Assembly: GCA_002753465.1 (NCBI GenBank)
Contig: PEAF01000006.1
Coordinates: forward strand, 1-59,232
DNA: 59,232 nucleotides
Direction: 5' to 3'
DNA from: Candidatus Omnitrophota bacterium
Lineage (GTDB): Bacteria; Omnitrophota; Gorgyraeia; Zapsychrales; Fredricksoniimonadaceae
The translations under genes and the position numbers were made by a program. Under the pieces are notes generated by a model that searched no databases, was not told the DNA's origin, and worked only from the letters and a program-made list of their open reading frames with translations. Within the stretch, counting starts at the first letter, position 1. Each line of letters opens with the position of its first letter. Shown one piece after another: positions 33,603-42,999 of the stretch.

Positions 33603-34850
33603 ATGGATGAATCCCTTAAAGCCAAGATCTCCGGTTTACCTTTGACCAGCGGCGTCTATCTGATGAAAGATGCGGCTGGCGTGATCATTTATGTCGGCAA
33701 GGCCGTTAATTTACGTCGCCGGGTCCAGTCCTATTTTCGCGGAAAAACCCACCACATTAAAACTGACCAGCTGGTTGAAAATATTACTGATATTGATGTT
33801 GTCTTGACGCATAGTGAGGCGGCGGCACTGATCCTTGAAGCGGCCCTGGTTAAAGAGCATCAGCCCAAATATAACATCGAGCTTAAAGACAGTAAGTCAT
33901 ACCCTTACATCGAGATCTCGGCCGGTGAATTTCCGCGCGTGTCGGTGATCCGTTTTAATAAAGCTGAGCAAAAGAAAAAAGGTGCCGTTTATTTCGGGCC
34001 GTATGTCGACGCGGGGCTTATCCGTGAAGCGCTGGTCATTATCCGCAAAATATTTCCGTTCTGCACCTGTTCGCCCATGCCGGCCAAGGCATGTCTGTAT
34101 CAGGGCATAGGGCTTTGCCCGGCGCCCTGTGTCGGCGCTATTTCAGGAAAAGATTACGCCCGTAACATCAAGAATATTGCGCTTATCCTTTCCGGCCGGA
34201 AGGATGAGCTTTATCGGAACCTGAAAGAGGATATGGAGCGCCTGGCGCAGAACAAGGATTATGAGCAGGCGGCGGCCGTGCGTGATCAGCTGCAGGCTAT
34301 CGGGGCACTCTATTCATCAAGCCCTGATGCAAATTATTTTAAGGAACTGGAGCAGCTTGAGCGCGCGCTGGGTCTTGTCCGTCGTCCAGAGCGCATGGAA
34401 TGCATTGATATCTCCACGACCATGGGCGAGCGGTCCGTGGGCTCGCTGGTGTCTTTCCTGAACGGCAAGCCGGATAAGGCGAATTACAGGCGCTTTCGTA
34501 TCAAGGACGTTGAGGGCATGGATGATTTTAAAATGGTGGCCGAGGTCGTGCGCCGCCGGTACGGGCGCCTTAAGCGTGAGGGCGCGGCTTACCCTGACCT
34601 GGTCATGATCGATGGCGGCAAGGGGCAATTAGCGGCAGCTTATGATGAGCTCAAGCGCCTTGAGATAAACATCCCCCTTATTTCCTTGGCCAAACGTGAG
34701 GAAGAGATCTTCGTGCCGGGCAAGCGCAATCCTGTTGTTTTACCCAAAGACTCTCTGGCGCTGAAACTTTTACAGCGGGTGCGTGATGAGGCACACCGCT
34801 TTGCGATCAAGTATCATCGACTATTAAGGGCTGGTAAGGTATTTGACTGA
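33603..34850 (+). CDS. uvrC: Excinuclease ABC subunit C, compact form (415 aa, no C-terminal HhH2)
   Basis: GIY-YIG (GVYLMKDAAGVIIYVGKAVNLRRRVQSYF), Cys cluster FPFCTC...CLYQGIGLCPAPC, UVR motif YEQAAAVRDQLQAI and a C-terminal endonuclease region ending RDEAHRFAIKYH. Confidence 0.85.
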   Translation: MDESLKAKISGLPLTSGVYLMKDAAGVIIYVGKAVNLRRRVQSYFRGKTHHIKTDQLVENITDIDVVLTHSEAAALILEAALVKEHQPKYNIELKDSKSYPYIEISAGEFPRVSVIRFNKAEQKKKGAVYFGPYVDAGLIREALVIIRKIFPFCTCSPMPAKACLYQGIGLCPAPCVGAISGKDYARNIKNIALILSGRKDELYRNLKEDMERLAQNKDYEQAAAVRDQLQAIGALYSSSPDANYFKELEQLERALGLVRRPERMECIDISTTMGERSVGSLVSFLNGKPDKANYRRFRIKDVEGMDDFKMVAEVVRRRYGRLKREGAAYPDLVMIDGGKGQLAAAYDELKRLEINIPLISLAKREEEIFVPGKRNPVVLPKDSLALKLLQRVRDEAHRFAIKYHRLLRAGKVFD

Positions 34851-35130
34851 TATGAAGACATTGACTGTTTTCGAACGCGCTGTTTTAAAAGCAACCCTTG
34901 AGATCCCTCTGGGTGAAACACGCACTTATCAATGGGTGGCCGAGCGCATTGGCAAGCCCAACGCGGTGCGTGCTGTTGGCCAGGCTTTGCGTAAGAACCC
35001 ATATCCCTTGATCATTCCTTGCCACAGGGTCATCCGCAGTGACGGCACACCCGGCGCTTACTTCGGTAAAGATGACGGCCGCAAGGAAAGGCTTCTTGAA
35101 CTGGAGCGTAACATCAAGAACGGCATGTAG
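34843..35130 (+). CDS. MGMT-family (O6-alkylguanine-DNA alkyltransferase C-terminal domain) protein
   Basis: Active-site PCHRV plus the YQWVAERIGKPNAVRAVGQAL helix. Overlaps uvrC by 8 nt. Confidence 0.8.
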   Translation: MTDMKTLTVFERAVLKATLEIPLGETRTYQWVAERIGKPNAVRAVGQALRKNPYPLIIPCHRVIRSDGTPGAYFGKDDGRKERLLELERNIKNGM

Positions 35131-35203
35131 TTGCATTGTTTATGGTTTTCCATGATTTCATCGTATATACTTGATGGCGGTGGATAAAATTGGGGCCATA
35201 GAT

Positions 35204-37348
35204 ATGCGTAAGAGCGTCATCATCATCGTTAGCGCCATCTTTATCATTAATAGTAGTATTCTTTCCTTTGCTCAATCCATTGATGTGTCCCACGTTGCTT
35301 CAGATATCGGCGCCGTTGTTGCTTCAGGCACTATGGGCAAGGCTTTCTCCGGCCGGGATCTTGGCCATTTCATTTCCGATATTCAGCCTCCGTTAAAAGT
35401 TTCAGTTTCAGATGTCATGAGCCCTGGTTACGATCGTGACGCCATGAGCGTGAAGATCGCTGCCGGCGTTATGGCGCTCAGTGACGCCAGGACGCATGTG
35501 GCGCCCAGTCATTTGGGTCATCCCGGGTATCAGGATGCAGCCTTTGTCTATGATAAGGCGGTAGATGCCTTGATTTTGCATGCGGCCGGGCGTACCCTTG
35601 AGGCGAAGGCACTGCTTGATTATTTCGCGCAGCGTTTACGCATTCCGATGAAGGATGTGCGCCGCAACGCCGATGCCAACGGGATCTATGGCATGCTCAA
35701 GCTTTTCCCGTCGACTGACGATCCCAAGGTCGTTTCGCTGGTCAATGCCGTTAATTGCCGGTCTATGGATGAATCAGGCCAGGGGCAGGTGGAGTACTGG
35801 ACAACGCCGGGGCCATTGGCATTTATGGTGCTGGCTTTTTTAACCGTTGACCGTAAGCAATATTTACAAGATGCGATCAAAGTCGGGCAGGCTATTTTGG
35901 CCATGCAACGTGCGGACGGGGCCATCACCGACGGAGACCGTGACGCCAGGAATGTCCATACCGAGCCGCACATGGATAGTTATTCAGCGTTTCTGATGCT
36001 TTATGATGTGACAGGCGATGAGAAGTGGAAGGCGGCGGCTGAGCGCGCCTGGGCATGGTTTGTCAGTAATGTTTATCGCCCGGACCAGCATGTGATCTAT
36101 CAGGGTATTCGTCCGGCGGGCCCCAGTGAGGTCTTTGCCACCGATACGTATTCATGGACCATCGCCGGGCGCGGCGGGGACCGGCTGCCGTTGAATGTGA
36201 TCGAGGCGCTGATGGACAGGATGCTGCGTCGCAGTGTTTCCCAGGTAACGCTGGAGCTTCCGGATGGCAAGACCAAGACGCTGACCTTGGTTGATTTTGC
36301 GGATGTGCAGGATATGCGCATCACCGCGGACAGGGGCGGTTTTCATCCTATGGGTTCGGTCGAGTGGATCGGCGGCGTTATTTTAGCCCTGCAAAAGAGT
36401 GCGGTGCGTTTTGAGAATGCGGGTGATGAGCCAAATCGTACCAAGGCAAAATTTTATAAAGCCCTGGCTGAGTATTTTACACAGCAGGCTGTGGATTCTT
36501 TCTATGAAGTAGACGGCGTGGCCGGTGTCTTGTCGTTTTATGCCACGGGGCAGTGGACCGCGACAGGCCACGGATGGAAGACGCCGTATTTTTATGTCAA
36601 GGACCCTGACGGTAAGCCCGTGATCAAAGGCGGCAGCACCATCAGCAGTTGGCCGGTATTGCCGCTTAAGCGGGTGAATCCTTTCATGCTCGATGATCCG
36701 TATGGACAGGTGTATGACCGTATTGTGGCCGATGGCGCTGCCCGTCAGCAGGCAGCGGCTTATGTGACGGAGGTGGCTGCGGCGCGCGCGTTCATGGAGA
36801 GCGTGCCGGCCGAGATGGCATCTGATGTCGGCGATATCCCGGAAATGTGGCGGTATAATGCCCGCATGTTCCAGGCGTTTGAGGCGGGCGATTATTATGC
36901 GGCTATCCTGTGGGCGCAGAAAGTTGTGGGTAATAGTGAATGGGTCAAAATGGCCGCAGATCAACAGGCGCGCAAGGCGCGTGATATCGGTGGTCTGGTC
37001 GAGTATACCTGGGGTTCTTCGGCGGCTGATGCCAAAGAGTCAACGCGCCTTATCCAGAAATATCCGCTTTTAAATGAAATGGGAACGGCCATGTGGGGCA
37101 TGGCCGTGTCGCAGTTCAAGCTGGGCAATCGGAATGATGCCAAGTCTTGGATCAAGACGCTGATCGAAACAGTGCCGTTGCATCAGATCTTTGCGCCCTC
37201 AGGCCCGGGTTACTGGAGCGCTATTATTTCGTGGGAAGATAATCCCGGTGGGACCGTACTGGATGCCGAGATGGGAGAGGTTTACAGGGAAGTGCTGGCT
37301 GAAATGGGCCGCACATCCGCCATACCTAAGATCTTTGCGATAAAATAA
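35204..37348 (+). CDS. Secreted 714-aa protein of unknown function (C-terminal TPR-like helices)
   Basis: Signal peptide MRKSVIIIVSAIFIINSSILSFAQS in a long ORF without a recognisable catalytic motif. Trimmed from the track's 35171. Confidence 0.65.
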   Translation: MRKSVIIIVSAIFIINSSILSFAQSIDVSHVASDIGAVVASGTMGKAFSGRDLGHFISDIQPPLKVSVSDVMSPGYDRDAMSVKIAAGVMALSDARTHVAPSHLGHPGYQDAAFVYDKAVDALILHAAGRTLEAKALLDYFAQRLRIPMKDVRRNADANGIYGMLKLFPSTDDPKVVSLVNAVNCRSMDESGQGQVEYWTTPGPLAFMVLAFLTVDRKQYLQDAIKVGQAILAMQRADGAITDGDRDARNVHTEPHMDSYSAFLMLYDVTGDEKWKAAAERAWAWFVSNVYRPDQHVIYQGIRPAGPSEVFATDTYSWTIAGRGGDRLPLNVIEALMDRMLRRSVSQVTLELPDGKTKTLTLVDFADVQDMRITADRGGFHPMGSVEWIGGVILALQKSAVRFENAGDEPNRTKAKFYKALAEYFTQQAVDSFYEVDGVAGVLSFYATGQWTATGHGWKTPYFYVKDPDGKPVIKGGSTISSWPVLPLKRVNPFMLDDPYGQVYDRIVADGAARQQAAAYVTEVAAARAFMESVPAEMASDVGDIPEMWRYNARMFQAFEAGDYYAAILWAQKVVGNSEWVKMAADQQARKARDIGGLVEYTWGSSAADAKESTRLIQKYPLLNEMGTAMWGMAVSQFKLGNRNDAKSWIKTLIETVPLHQIFAPSGPGYWSAIISWEDNPGGTVLDAEMGEVYREVLAEMGRTSAIPKIFAIK

Positions 37349-37491
37349 TTTTACGTTCAAGTCCAGCCTGTTGATCTTTGTGGACGGTAAAATCCGCCTG
37401 CCACTCACACCAAGAAAATTTTTACAAAAATATTTTCATTAATAGCGAATTAAGAGATAATAGAAAATAATAAGAAAATTAAACGGAGAAT

Positions 37492-37581
37492 ATGATGAAT
37501 ATTAAAAAAGTGGTGCTTTACGCGGTAGGTGCGTTATTGGTCATTGGTTTTGGGTATATGATCATGTTAATGAAAAGCTGA
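37492..37581 (+). CDS. Candidate 29-aa hydrophobic peptide
   Basis: Below the track's size cutoff. GGAGA lies 4 nt upstream of ATG 37492. Sequence MMNIKKVVLYAVGALLVIGFGYMIMLMKS, with a stop at 37579-37581 and a hairpin terminator ~50 nt downstream. Confidence 0.35.
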   Translation: MMNIKKVVLYAVGALLVIGFGYMIMLMKS

Positions 37582-37632
37582 TCTTCGCATCAGCGCTTTC
37601 TGATATTTATTGTGCTTGCTGTATGCGTTAAT

Positions 37633-37669
37633 AAGAAACCCTCGCTCTTAACGAGGGTTTCTTATTATT
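37633..37669 (+). terminator. Rho-independent terminator candidate
   Basis: AAGAAACCCTCG (37633-37644) / CGAGGGTTTCTT (37652-37663), followed by ATTATT. Confidence 0.5.
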
Positions 37670-37794
37670 CGGGTCTGCGGCGGTTGGGTTGATGATTGAT
37701 CAGATGAATGTTATAGCGCATAAAAACTGTCGACTTTTCCTCCTTCCCCAAGTAATATACTGCCTCTTATAGTCTAATTATATTAAGGAGTCAC

Positions 37795-38871
37795 ATGGAT
37801 ATCGGTATTGTCGGGCTTCCGAATGTCGGAAAGTCCACGTTATTTAATGCTTTGACCGGCGCAGCCGCGGCGGCGTCGAATTTTCCGTTTACGACCATTG
37901 AGCCGAACGTAGGTATTGTGCCTATTCCGGATGCGCGTTTATCGCGTTTGTCGGATGAATTCGGTGGATCGACCAAGATCACGCCGGCGGGCATCCGTTT
38001 CGTGGATATAGCCGGGCTTGTTAAAGGCGCCAGTACAGGGGAAGGTTTGGGTAATCAATTCCTGGGCAATATCCGTTCCGTCGATGCGGTCGCGCATGTG
38101 GTGCGCTGTTTCCGGGATGATAATGTCGTTAATGTGATGAATGACCTTAATCCGTCGGAAGCTGCGGATATCATTGAAATGGAGCTCATGCTTTCGGATA
38201 TGCAGCAGGCACAAAAGGCCTACGATAAATGGATCCGCCCGGCCAAGTCCGGCGATAAGGATGCCAAGGCCAAGTGTGAGGTGCTGGAGGCTGTTTTAAA
38301 GGGTCTGGATGCCGGCATTCCGGTACGTCAGCAGGCCCTTGATAAAGAGATCATCAGCACATTCCAGTTCATTACGGCCAAGCCGGTCATGTATGTGGCT
38401 AATACCGGCGAGAACGGGCCTGACGAGGATCTGATGAAGCCTTTGCGCGAACGTGCGGCCAAAGAAGGCGCGGCGATCATCCCTCTGTGCACCAAGTTCG
38501 AGGCCGAGATCGTGCAGTTGCCGCCTGAGGAGCGTAAGGATTATTACGACGCGGCGGGTATTGGCACCCCGGGGCTGGCGCTGCTGGCCAAGACGGGCTG
38601 TGAACTTTTGGGTCTCATGTGTTTTTTTACGGCAGGGCATCAGGAGACGCGCGCATGGCTTATTCCTAAGGGGACGCGTGCGGTCAATGCGGCCGGCAAG
38701 ATCCATAGTGATATCGAGCGCGGCTTCATCCGTGCCGAGATCTACCGTTACAATGACCTGGTCGCGCTGGGTTCTTACAAGGCGGTCCAGGAAGCGAAGA
38801 AGGTTACGCTCGAGGGCAAGGATTACATCATGCAAGAGGGTGATGTGGTTTATTTCAGGTTCAGTGTCTAA
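37795..38871 (+). CDS. ychF: Ribosome-binding ATPase YchF
   Basis: GLPNVGKSTLFNALT P-loop, TGS-type C-terminus, AAGGAG Shine-Dalgarno. Confidence 0.95.
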   Translation: MDIGIVGLPNVGKSTLFNALTGAAAAASNFPFTTIEPNVGIVPIPDARLSRLSDEFGGSTKITPAGIRFVDIAGLVKGASTGEGLGNQFLGNIRSVDAVAHVVRCFRDDNVVNVMNDLNPSEAADIIEMELMLSDMQQAQKAYDKWIRPAKSGDKDAKAKCEVLEAVLKGLDAGIPVRQQALDKEIISTFQFITAKPVMYVANTGENGPDEDLMKPLRERAAKEGAAIIPLCTKFEAEIVQLPPEERKDYYDAAGIGTPGLALLAKTGCELLGLMCFFTAGHQETRAWLIPKGTRAVNAAGKIHSDIERGFIRAEIYRYNDLVALGSYKAVQEAKKVTLEGKDYIMQEGDVVYFRFSV

Positions 38872-38900
38872 GGCGATCGGGATCACGGGTATATAAAAAT

Positions 38901-39998
38901 ATGAATGAAATGTTGTCGCGTAAGATTAAAGAGCTGTCGCTGAAGCTCACCGACCTGCGGGGGTTCCTTGATATCCCGACTTTGAAAGAGCGTATCCGTG
39001 TGGGCGAGGACCGGATGACGGCGTCTGATTTCTGGACCGACCAGGATACGGCCAACAAGCTTATTCAGGAGCTTAAAGGGATAAAAGCATCCGTCGAGCC
39101 GCTGGAGCACGCCGAGAAGCTGATCGCGGACGCACGTGAACTGTTGGAGCTTTCCGAGGGCGATGAGGCCATGGAGGCGCAGATAGAGGCTGATGTGCAG
39201 GCGCTGGGGCCCATCATTGATAAACTAGAGATCCAGACCCTTTTGTCGGGCCATTATGATAATTGCGATGCCATCTTGAGTTTGAATTCCGGCGCGGGGG
39301 GCACCGAATCGTGCGACTGGACGGGGATGCTCTTCCGTTTATATACGCGCTGGGCGGAGAATAAGGGTTTCAAAGTAGAGGTCCTTGACGTGCTGCCAGG
39401 TGAAGAGGCCGGCATCAAGAACGTGACGATGAGCATTCACGGGCAAAAGGTATACGGTTATCTGAAGGCGGAGAAGGGCGTTCACCGTCTGGTGCGCATC
39501 TCTCCGTTTGATTCCAATAAACGCCGGCATACGTCGTTCGCGTCGGTTGAAGTTATCCCCGAGATCGAGGATGAAGAGGAAGTCGAGATCAATCCGGATG
39601 ATTTAAAGGTGGACGTATTCCGTTCCTCGGGCCCTGGCGGCCAGAGTGTTAACACGGCGGACTCGGCGGTACGCATCACGCATATTCCGTCGGGCTTTGT
39701 GACGTCCAGCCAGGTTGAGCGTTCGCAGTTGCAGAATAAGGCGCGTTGCATGAAGGTCCTGCGCGCGAAGCTGGCTGAGCTTAAGCGTCAGGCGCAGGAG
39801 GACAGGATCTCGGCTGAGGCGGGGCAGAAACAGAAGATCGAGTGGGGCAGTCAGATCCGTTCGTATGTGATGCAACCCTATCAGATGGTCAAGGACCACA
39901 GGACTGGTGCCGAGACCAGCAACATCCCCAAGGTCATGGACGGGGATATTGATATGTTCATTGAAGCTTTCTTGAAAATGAGACCTGAAGACAGGTAA
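38901..39998 (+). CDS. prfB: Peptide chain release factor 2 (single uninterrupted frame)
   Basis: RF2-specific RISPFDS (SPF) and SGPGGQSVNT (GGQ). There is no in-frame UGA at the usual frameshift site (LRGFLDIP). Confidence 0.95.
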   Translation: MNEMLSRKIKELSLKLTDLRGFLDIPTLKERIRVGEDRMTASDFWTDQDTANKLIQELKGIKASVEPLEHAEKLIADARELLELSEGDEAMEAQIEADVQALGPIIDKLEIQTLLSGHYDNCDAILSLNSGAGGTESCDWTGMLFRLYTRWAENKGFKVEVLDVLPGEEAGIKNVTMSIHGQKVYGYLKAEKGVHRLVRISPFDSNKRRHTSFASVEVIPEIEDEEEVEINPDDLKVDVFRSSGPGGQSVNTADSAVRITHIPSGFVTSSQVERSQLQNKARCMKVLRAKLAELKRQAQEDRISAEAGQKQKIEWGSQIRSYVMQPYQMVKDHRTGAETSNIPKVMDGDIDMFIEAFLKMRPEDR

Positions 39999-40015
39999 TC
40001 CACGAGGATAAAGTT

Positions 40016-42994
40016 ATGTTAGACATGATCATCCGTAAGCCAACGATTAACGCCGCACGTGCTTTCATCAAGAAGCTGAAGCCGCCGGTCAACATCCATA
40101 TCCATCAGGATTCCCCACTGCCATCGGTAAGTGAAGTCCGCCGTTTTGCACCTGTTGTGGCGCGTATCTGTGCGCTTGAAGAAAAGATGGCGTCTTTGAC
40201 GGATGAAGGACTTAAGGCCAAAACGCCCGAGTTCCGGCAGCGTATTGATAAAATGACGGCACCCGAGATGGCGGCCATCGAGCAGGCGCGCGAAATGTAC
40301 CGTCAGGCGCCGAATATCGACGAGCGGCAGAAATTCAAGGATGAGCTTAAGGCGGCGGAACAGGCGCATTTCAAGGCCAAACAGCATGCGCTTAACGAGA
40401 TCCTTCCCGAGGCTTTTGCCGTTGTGCGTGAAGCGGGCAAGCGCGTTCTGGGGATGCGTCATTACGACGTGCAGATGATCGGCGGCATGACGTTGCATTA
40501 CGGCAATATCGCGGAAATGACAACGGGTGAAGGTAAGACTCTGGTGGCGACGCTGCCAGCCTATCTTAACGCATTGACCGGTGACGGCGTACATGTGGTG
40601 ACCGTTAACGATTATCTGGCCAAGCGCGACCGTGAATGGATGGGGCCGCTGTATGAATTCCTGGGGCTGACCGTCGGCGTCATCCAGCATGATATGTCAC
40701 CGCAGGAGCGCCAGAAGTCCTACGGCAGTGATATCACCTATGGTACTAATAACGAATTTGGTTTTGATTACCTGCGCGACAATATGGTGATGTTCAAGGA
40801 CGAGATGGTCCAGCGCCCGCACCATTACGCCATTGTTGACGAAGTTGACAGCATTCTGGTCGATGAAGCGCGCACGCCGCTGATCATTTCCGGCCCTGCC
40901 GAGGAGTCGACTGATAAATATTACCGCGCTTACCAGATCTCCCTGGACCTTAAGGGCCGTCGTGTAACCGAGGCCGAAGAAGTTGATGCCAAGCATCGCG
41001 GCGAGGACCTGGGCGTAGGTTTTGACTATGTTGCGGATGAGAAGCATAAGTCGGTGTCGCTGACCGACGCCGGCGAACAGAAGGCGGCCGAGAGGTTCGG
41101 CGTGGCCAATTTGCATGATATGGAGACCGTGGAGTATCGGCACCATGTGCTGCAATCGTTGCGTGCCAAGGAGTTCTATTTCTTGGATACGGAGTATGTG
41201 GTCAAGGACGGCAAGGTCGTGATCGTGGATGAGTTCACGGGGCGCATGATGCCGGGCCGTCGCTGGTCGGATGGTTTGCATCAGGCGGTCGAGGCCAAGG
41301 AAGGCATCAAGATCGAGCGCGAGAACCAGACGCTGGCGACCATTACGTTCCAGAATTATTTCCGCATGTATAAAAAACTCTCCGGTATGACGGGTACGGC
41401 GTATACCGAGGCCAATGAGTTCAAACAGATCTATAAGCTTGACGTTATTATCATTCCGACCAACAGGCCTTTGCAGCGTAAAAATTATCCGGACTGTATT
41501 TTCCGTACGGGTAAGGAGAAATATGAAGCGGTGGTCAAGGAGATCGAGGCGTGCCATGAAAAAGGCCAGCCTGTCCTCGTCGGTACGGTTTCGATCGAAC
41601 GTTCCGAGTATATATCGAGCCTTTTAAAAGCGCGCGGCGTCAAACATCAGGTCCTCAACGCCAAGTATCACGAACTTGAAGCATCCATTGTTTCCCAGGC
41701 CGGCCGGTTCAAGGGTGTGACCATCGCCACCAATATGGCGGGCCGCGGTACGGATATCATGCTGGGCGGCAATGCGGAATTCATGGCGCGTGCGCTGGCG
41801 GCGCAGAAGTTCGAAGAAGCTTCCAAAAAGAATGAAGCAACGCTCGGGCATGAAGAGCTGACCGCACAGTTCATCAGGCAGTTCCGCGACCAGGTTAAAT
41901 TGGAGCACGACAAGGTCGTCGAAGCCGGTGGTTTGCATATCATCGGTACCGAGCGGCATGAATCACGCCGTATCGATAATCAGCTGCGCGGCCGTTCAGG
42001 TCGTCAGGGAGACCCGGGTTCATCACGTTTTTATGTTTCGCTGGATGATGATCTCATGCGGCTTTTTGCCGGGGACAGCATCCGCTCGCTCATGGACCGG
42101 TTTGGTTTTGCCGAGGGCGAGATGATCGAATCCTCCATGGTCACGCACGCGCTTGAAGTGGCCCAGCGCCGTGTTGAGAATTACAACTTCGAGATCCGCA
42201 AGCAATTGCTGGAGTACGATACGACCATGAACCGCCAGCGCGAGGTCATTTACAACATGCGCCGGTCGATCATCGATGGGGATGACACGCGCGAGCTTAT
42301 CCTCGAGTCTGTCCAGACGACGGTCGATGAGGCTGTCCGCCGTTACTTTGCGACGGAAAGCGGCAAGGAGCGGGACATTGACGGCTTGATCACGTATGTC
42401 GGTTCGCGTTTCGGGCTTGATATTACGGGCTGGCGTGAACGGCTTCTTGAAACTAAGCCGGAAGAATGTGCGCAGATGATCAGCGAAGAACTGGTCAAGC
42501 TTTATACGGATAAGGAGCTTAAGGTCGGCGCTCAGCATATCCGGCATCTGGAGCGCATGTTCCTGCTGCATACCATCGACACGAAGTGGAAAGAGCATCT
42601 TTATGCCATGGACCGTCTCAAGGAAGGCGTGGGCTTACGCGCGCTGGGTCAGCGCGATCCTCTGGTTGAGTTCAAGCGTGAAGGTTATCATATGTTTCGC
42701 GCCATGTTCGAGAGCATTCATATTGATGTGGCCGAACTGATCTTCAAGCTTCAGCCTGTCGAGAACGAGGGACGTGTGCAGCGTGTTTTTACAAGTCAGC
42801 AGGAAGCTGTGCATCAGGAATTCGGCGGGTTGGGCGGTGTACTGCGTGCGGCGCCTTCGGCCGAAGAAGCCCCTATGACACAGGCGCGTCCGTTGCAGGC
42901 GCATCAGCCCTCGGAAGGCCAAAAGAAGGTCGGCCGTAACGATGATTGCCCTTGCGGCAGTGGCAAGAAATACAAGAAATGCTGCGGCAAATAA
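40016..42994 (+). CDS. secA: Preprotein translocase ATPase SecA
   Basis: Walker A MTTGEGKTLVA, DEAD-like VDEVDSILVDEARTPL and C-terminal zinc motif CPCGSGKKYKKCCG. A ~40-aa N-terminal extension is present, so the start is uncertain. Confidence 0.97.
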   Translation: MLDMIIRKPTINAARAFIKKLKPPVNIHIHQDSPLPSVSEVRRFAPVVARICALEEKMASLTDEGLKAKTPEFRQRIDKMTAPEMAAIEQAREMYRQAPNIDERQKFKDELKAAEQAHFKAKQHALNEILPEAFAVVREAGKRVLGMRHYDVQMIGGMTLHYGNIAEMTTGEGKTLVATLPAYLNALTGDGVHVVTVNDYLAKRDREWMGPLYEFLGLTVGVIQHDMSPQERQKSYGSDITYGTNNEFGFDYLRDNMVMFKDEMVQRPHHYAIVDEVDSILVDEARTPLIISGPAEESTDKYYRAYQISLDLKGRRVTEAEEVDAKHRGEDLGVGFDYVADEKHKSVSLTDAGEQKAAERFGVANLHDMETVEYRHHVLQSLRAKEFYFLDTEYVVKDGKVVIVDEFTGRMMPGRRWSDGLHQAVEAKEGIKIERENQTLATITFQNYFRMYKKLSGMTGTAYTEANEFKQIYKLDVIIIPTNRPLQRKNYPDCIFRTGKEKYEAVVKEIEACHEKGQPVLVGTVSIERSEYISSLLKARGVKHQVLNAKYHELEASIVSQAGRFKGVTIATNMAGRGTDIMLGGNAEFMARALAAQKFEEASKKNEATLGHEELTAQFIRQFRDQVKLEHDKVVEAGGLHIIGTERHESRRIDNQLRGRSGRQGDPGSSRFYVSLDDDLMRLFAGDSIRSLMDRFGFAEGEMIESSMVTHALEVAQRRVENYNFEIRKQLLEYDTTMNRQREVIYNMRRSIIDGDDTRELILESVQTTVDEAVRRYFATESGKERDIDGLITYVGSRFGLDITGWRERLLETKPEECAQMISEELVKLYTDKELKVGAQHIRHLERMFLLHTIDTKWKEHLYAMDRLKEGVGLRALGQRDPLVEFKREGYHMFRAMFESIHIDVAELIFKLQPVENEGRVQRVFTSQQEAVHQEFGGLGGVLRAAPSAEEAPMTQARPLQAHQPSEGQKKVGRNDDCPCGSGKKYKKCCGK

Positions 42995-42999
42995 TACGC

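Noticed and set aside
38901-39998. Programmed +1 frameshift site in prfB
   Set aside because: RF2 genes often carry an in-frame UGA around codon 26. Here the frame reads straight through (LTDLRGFLDIP, CTT GAT) and the ORF is intact, so the gene is not frameshift-regulated.
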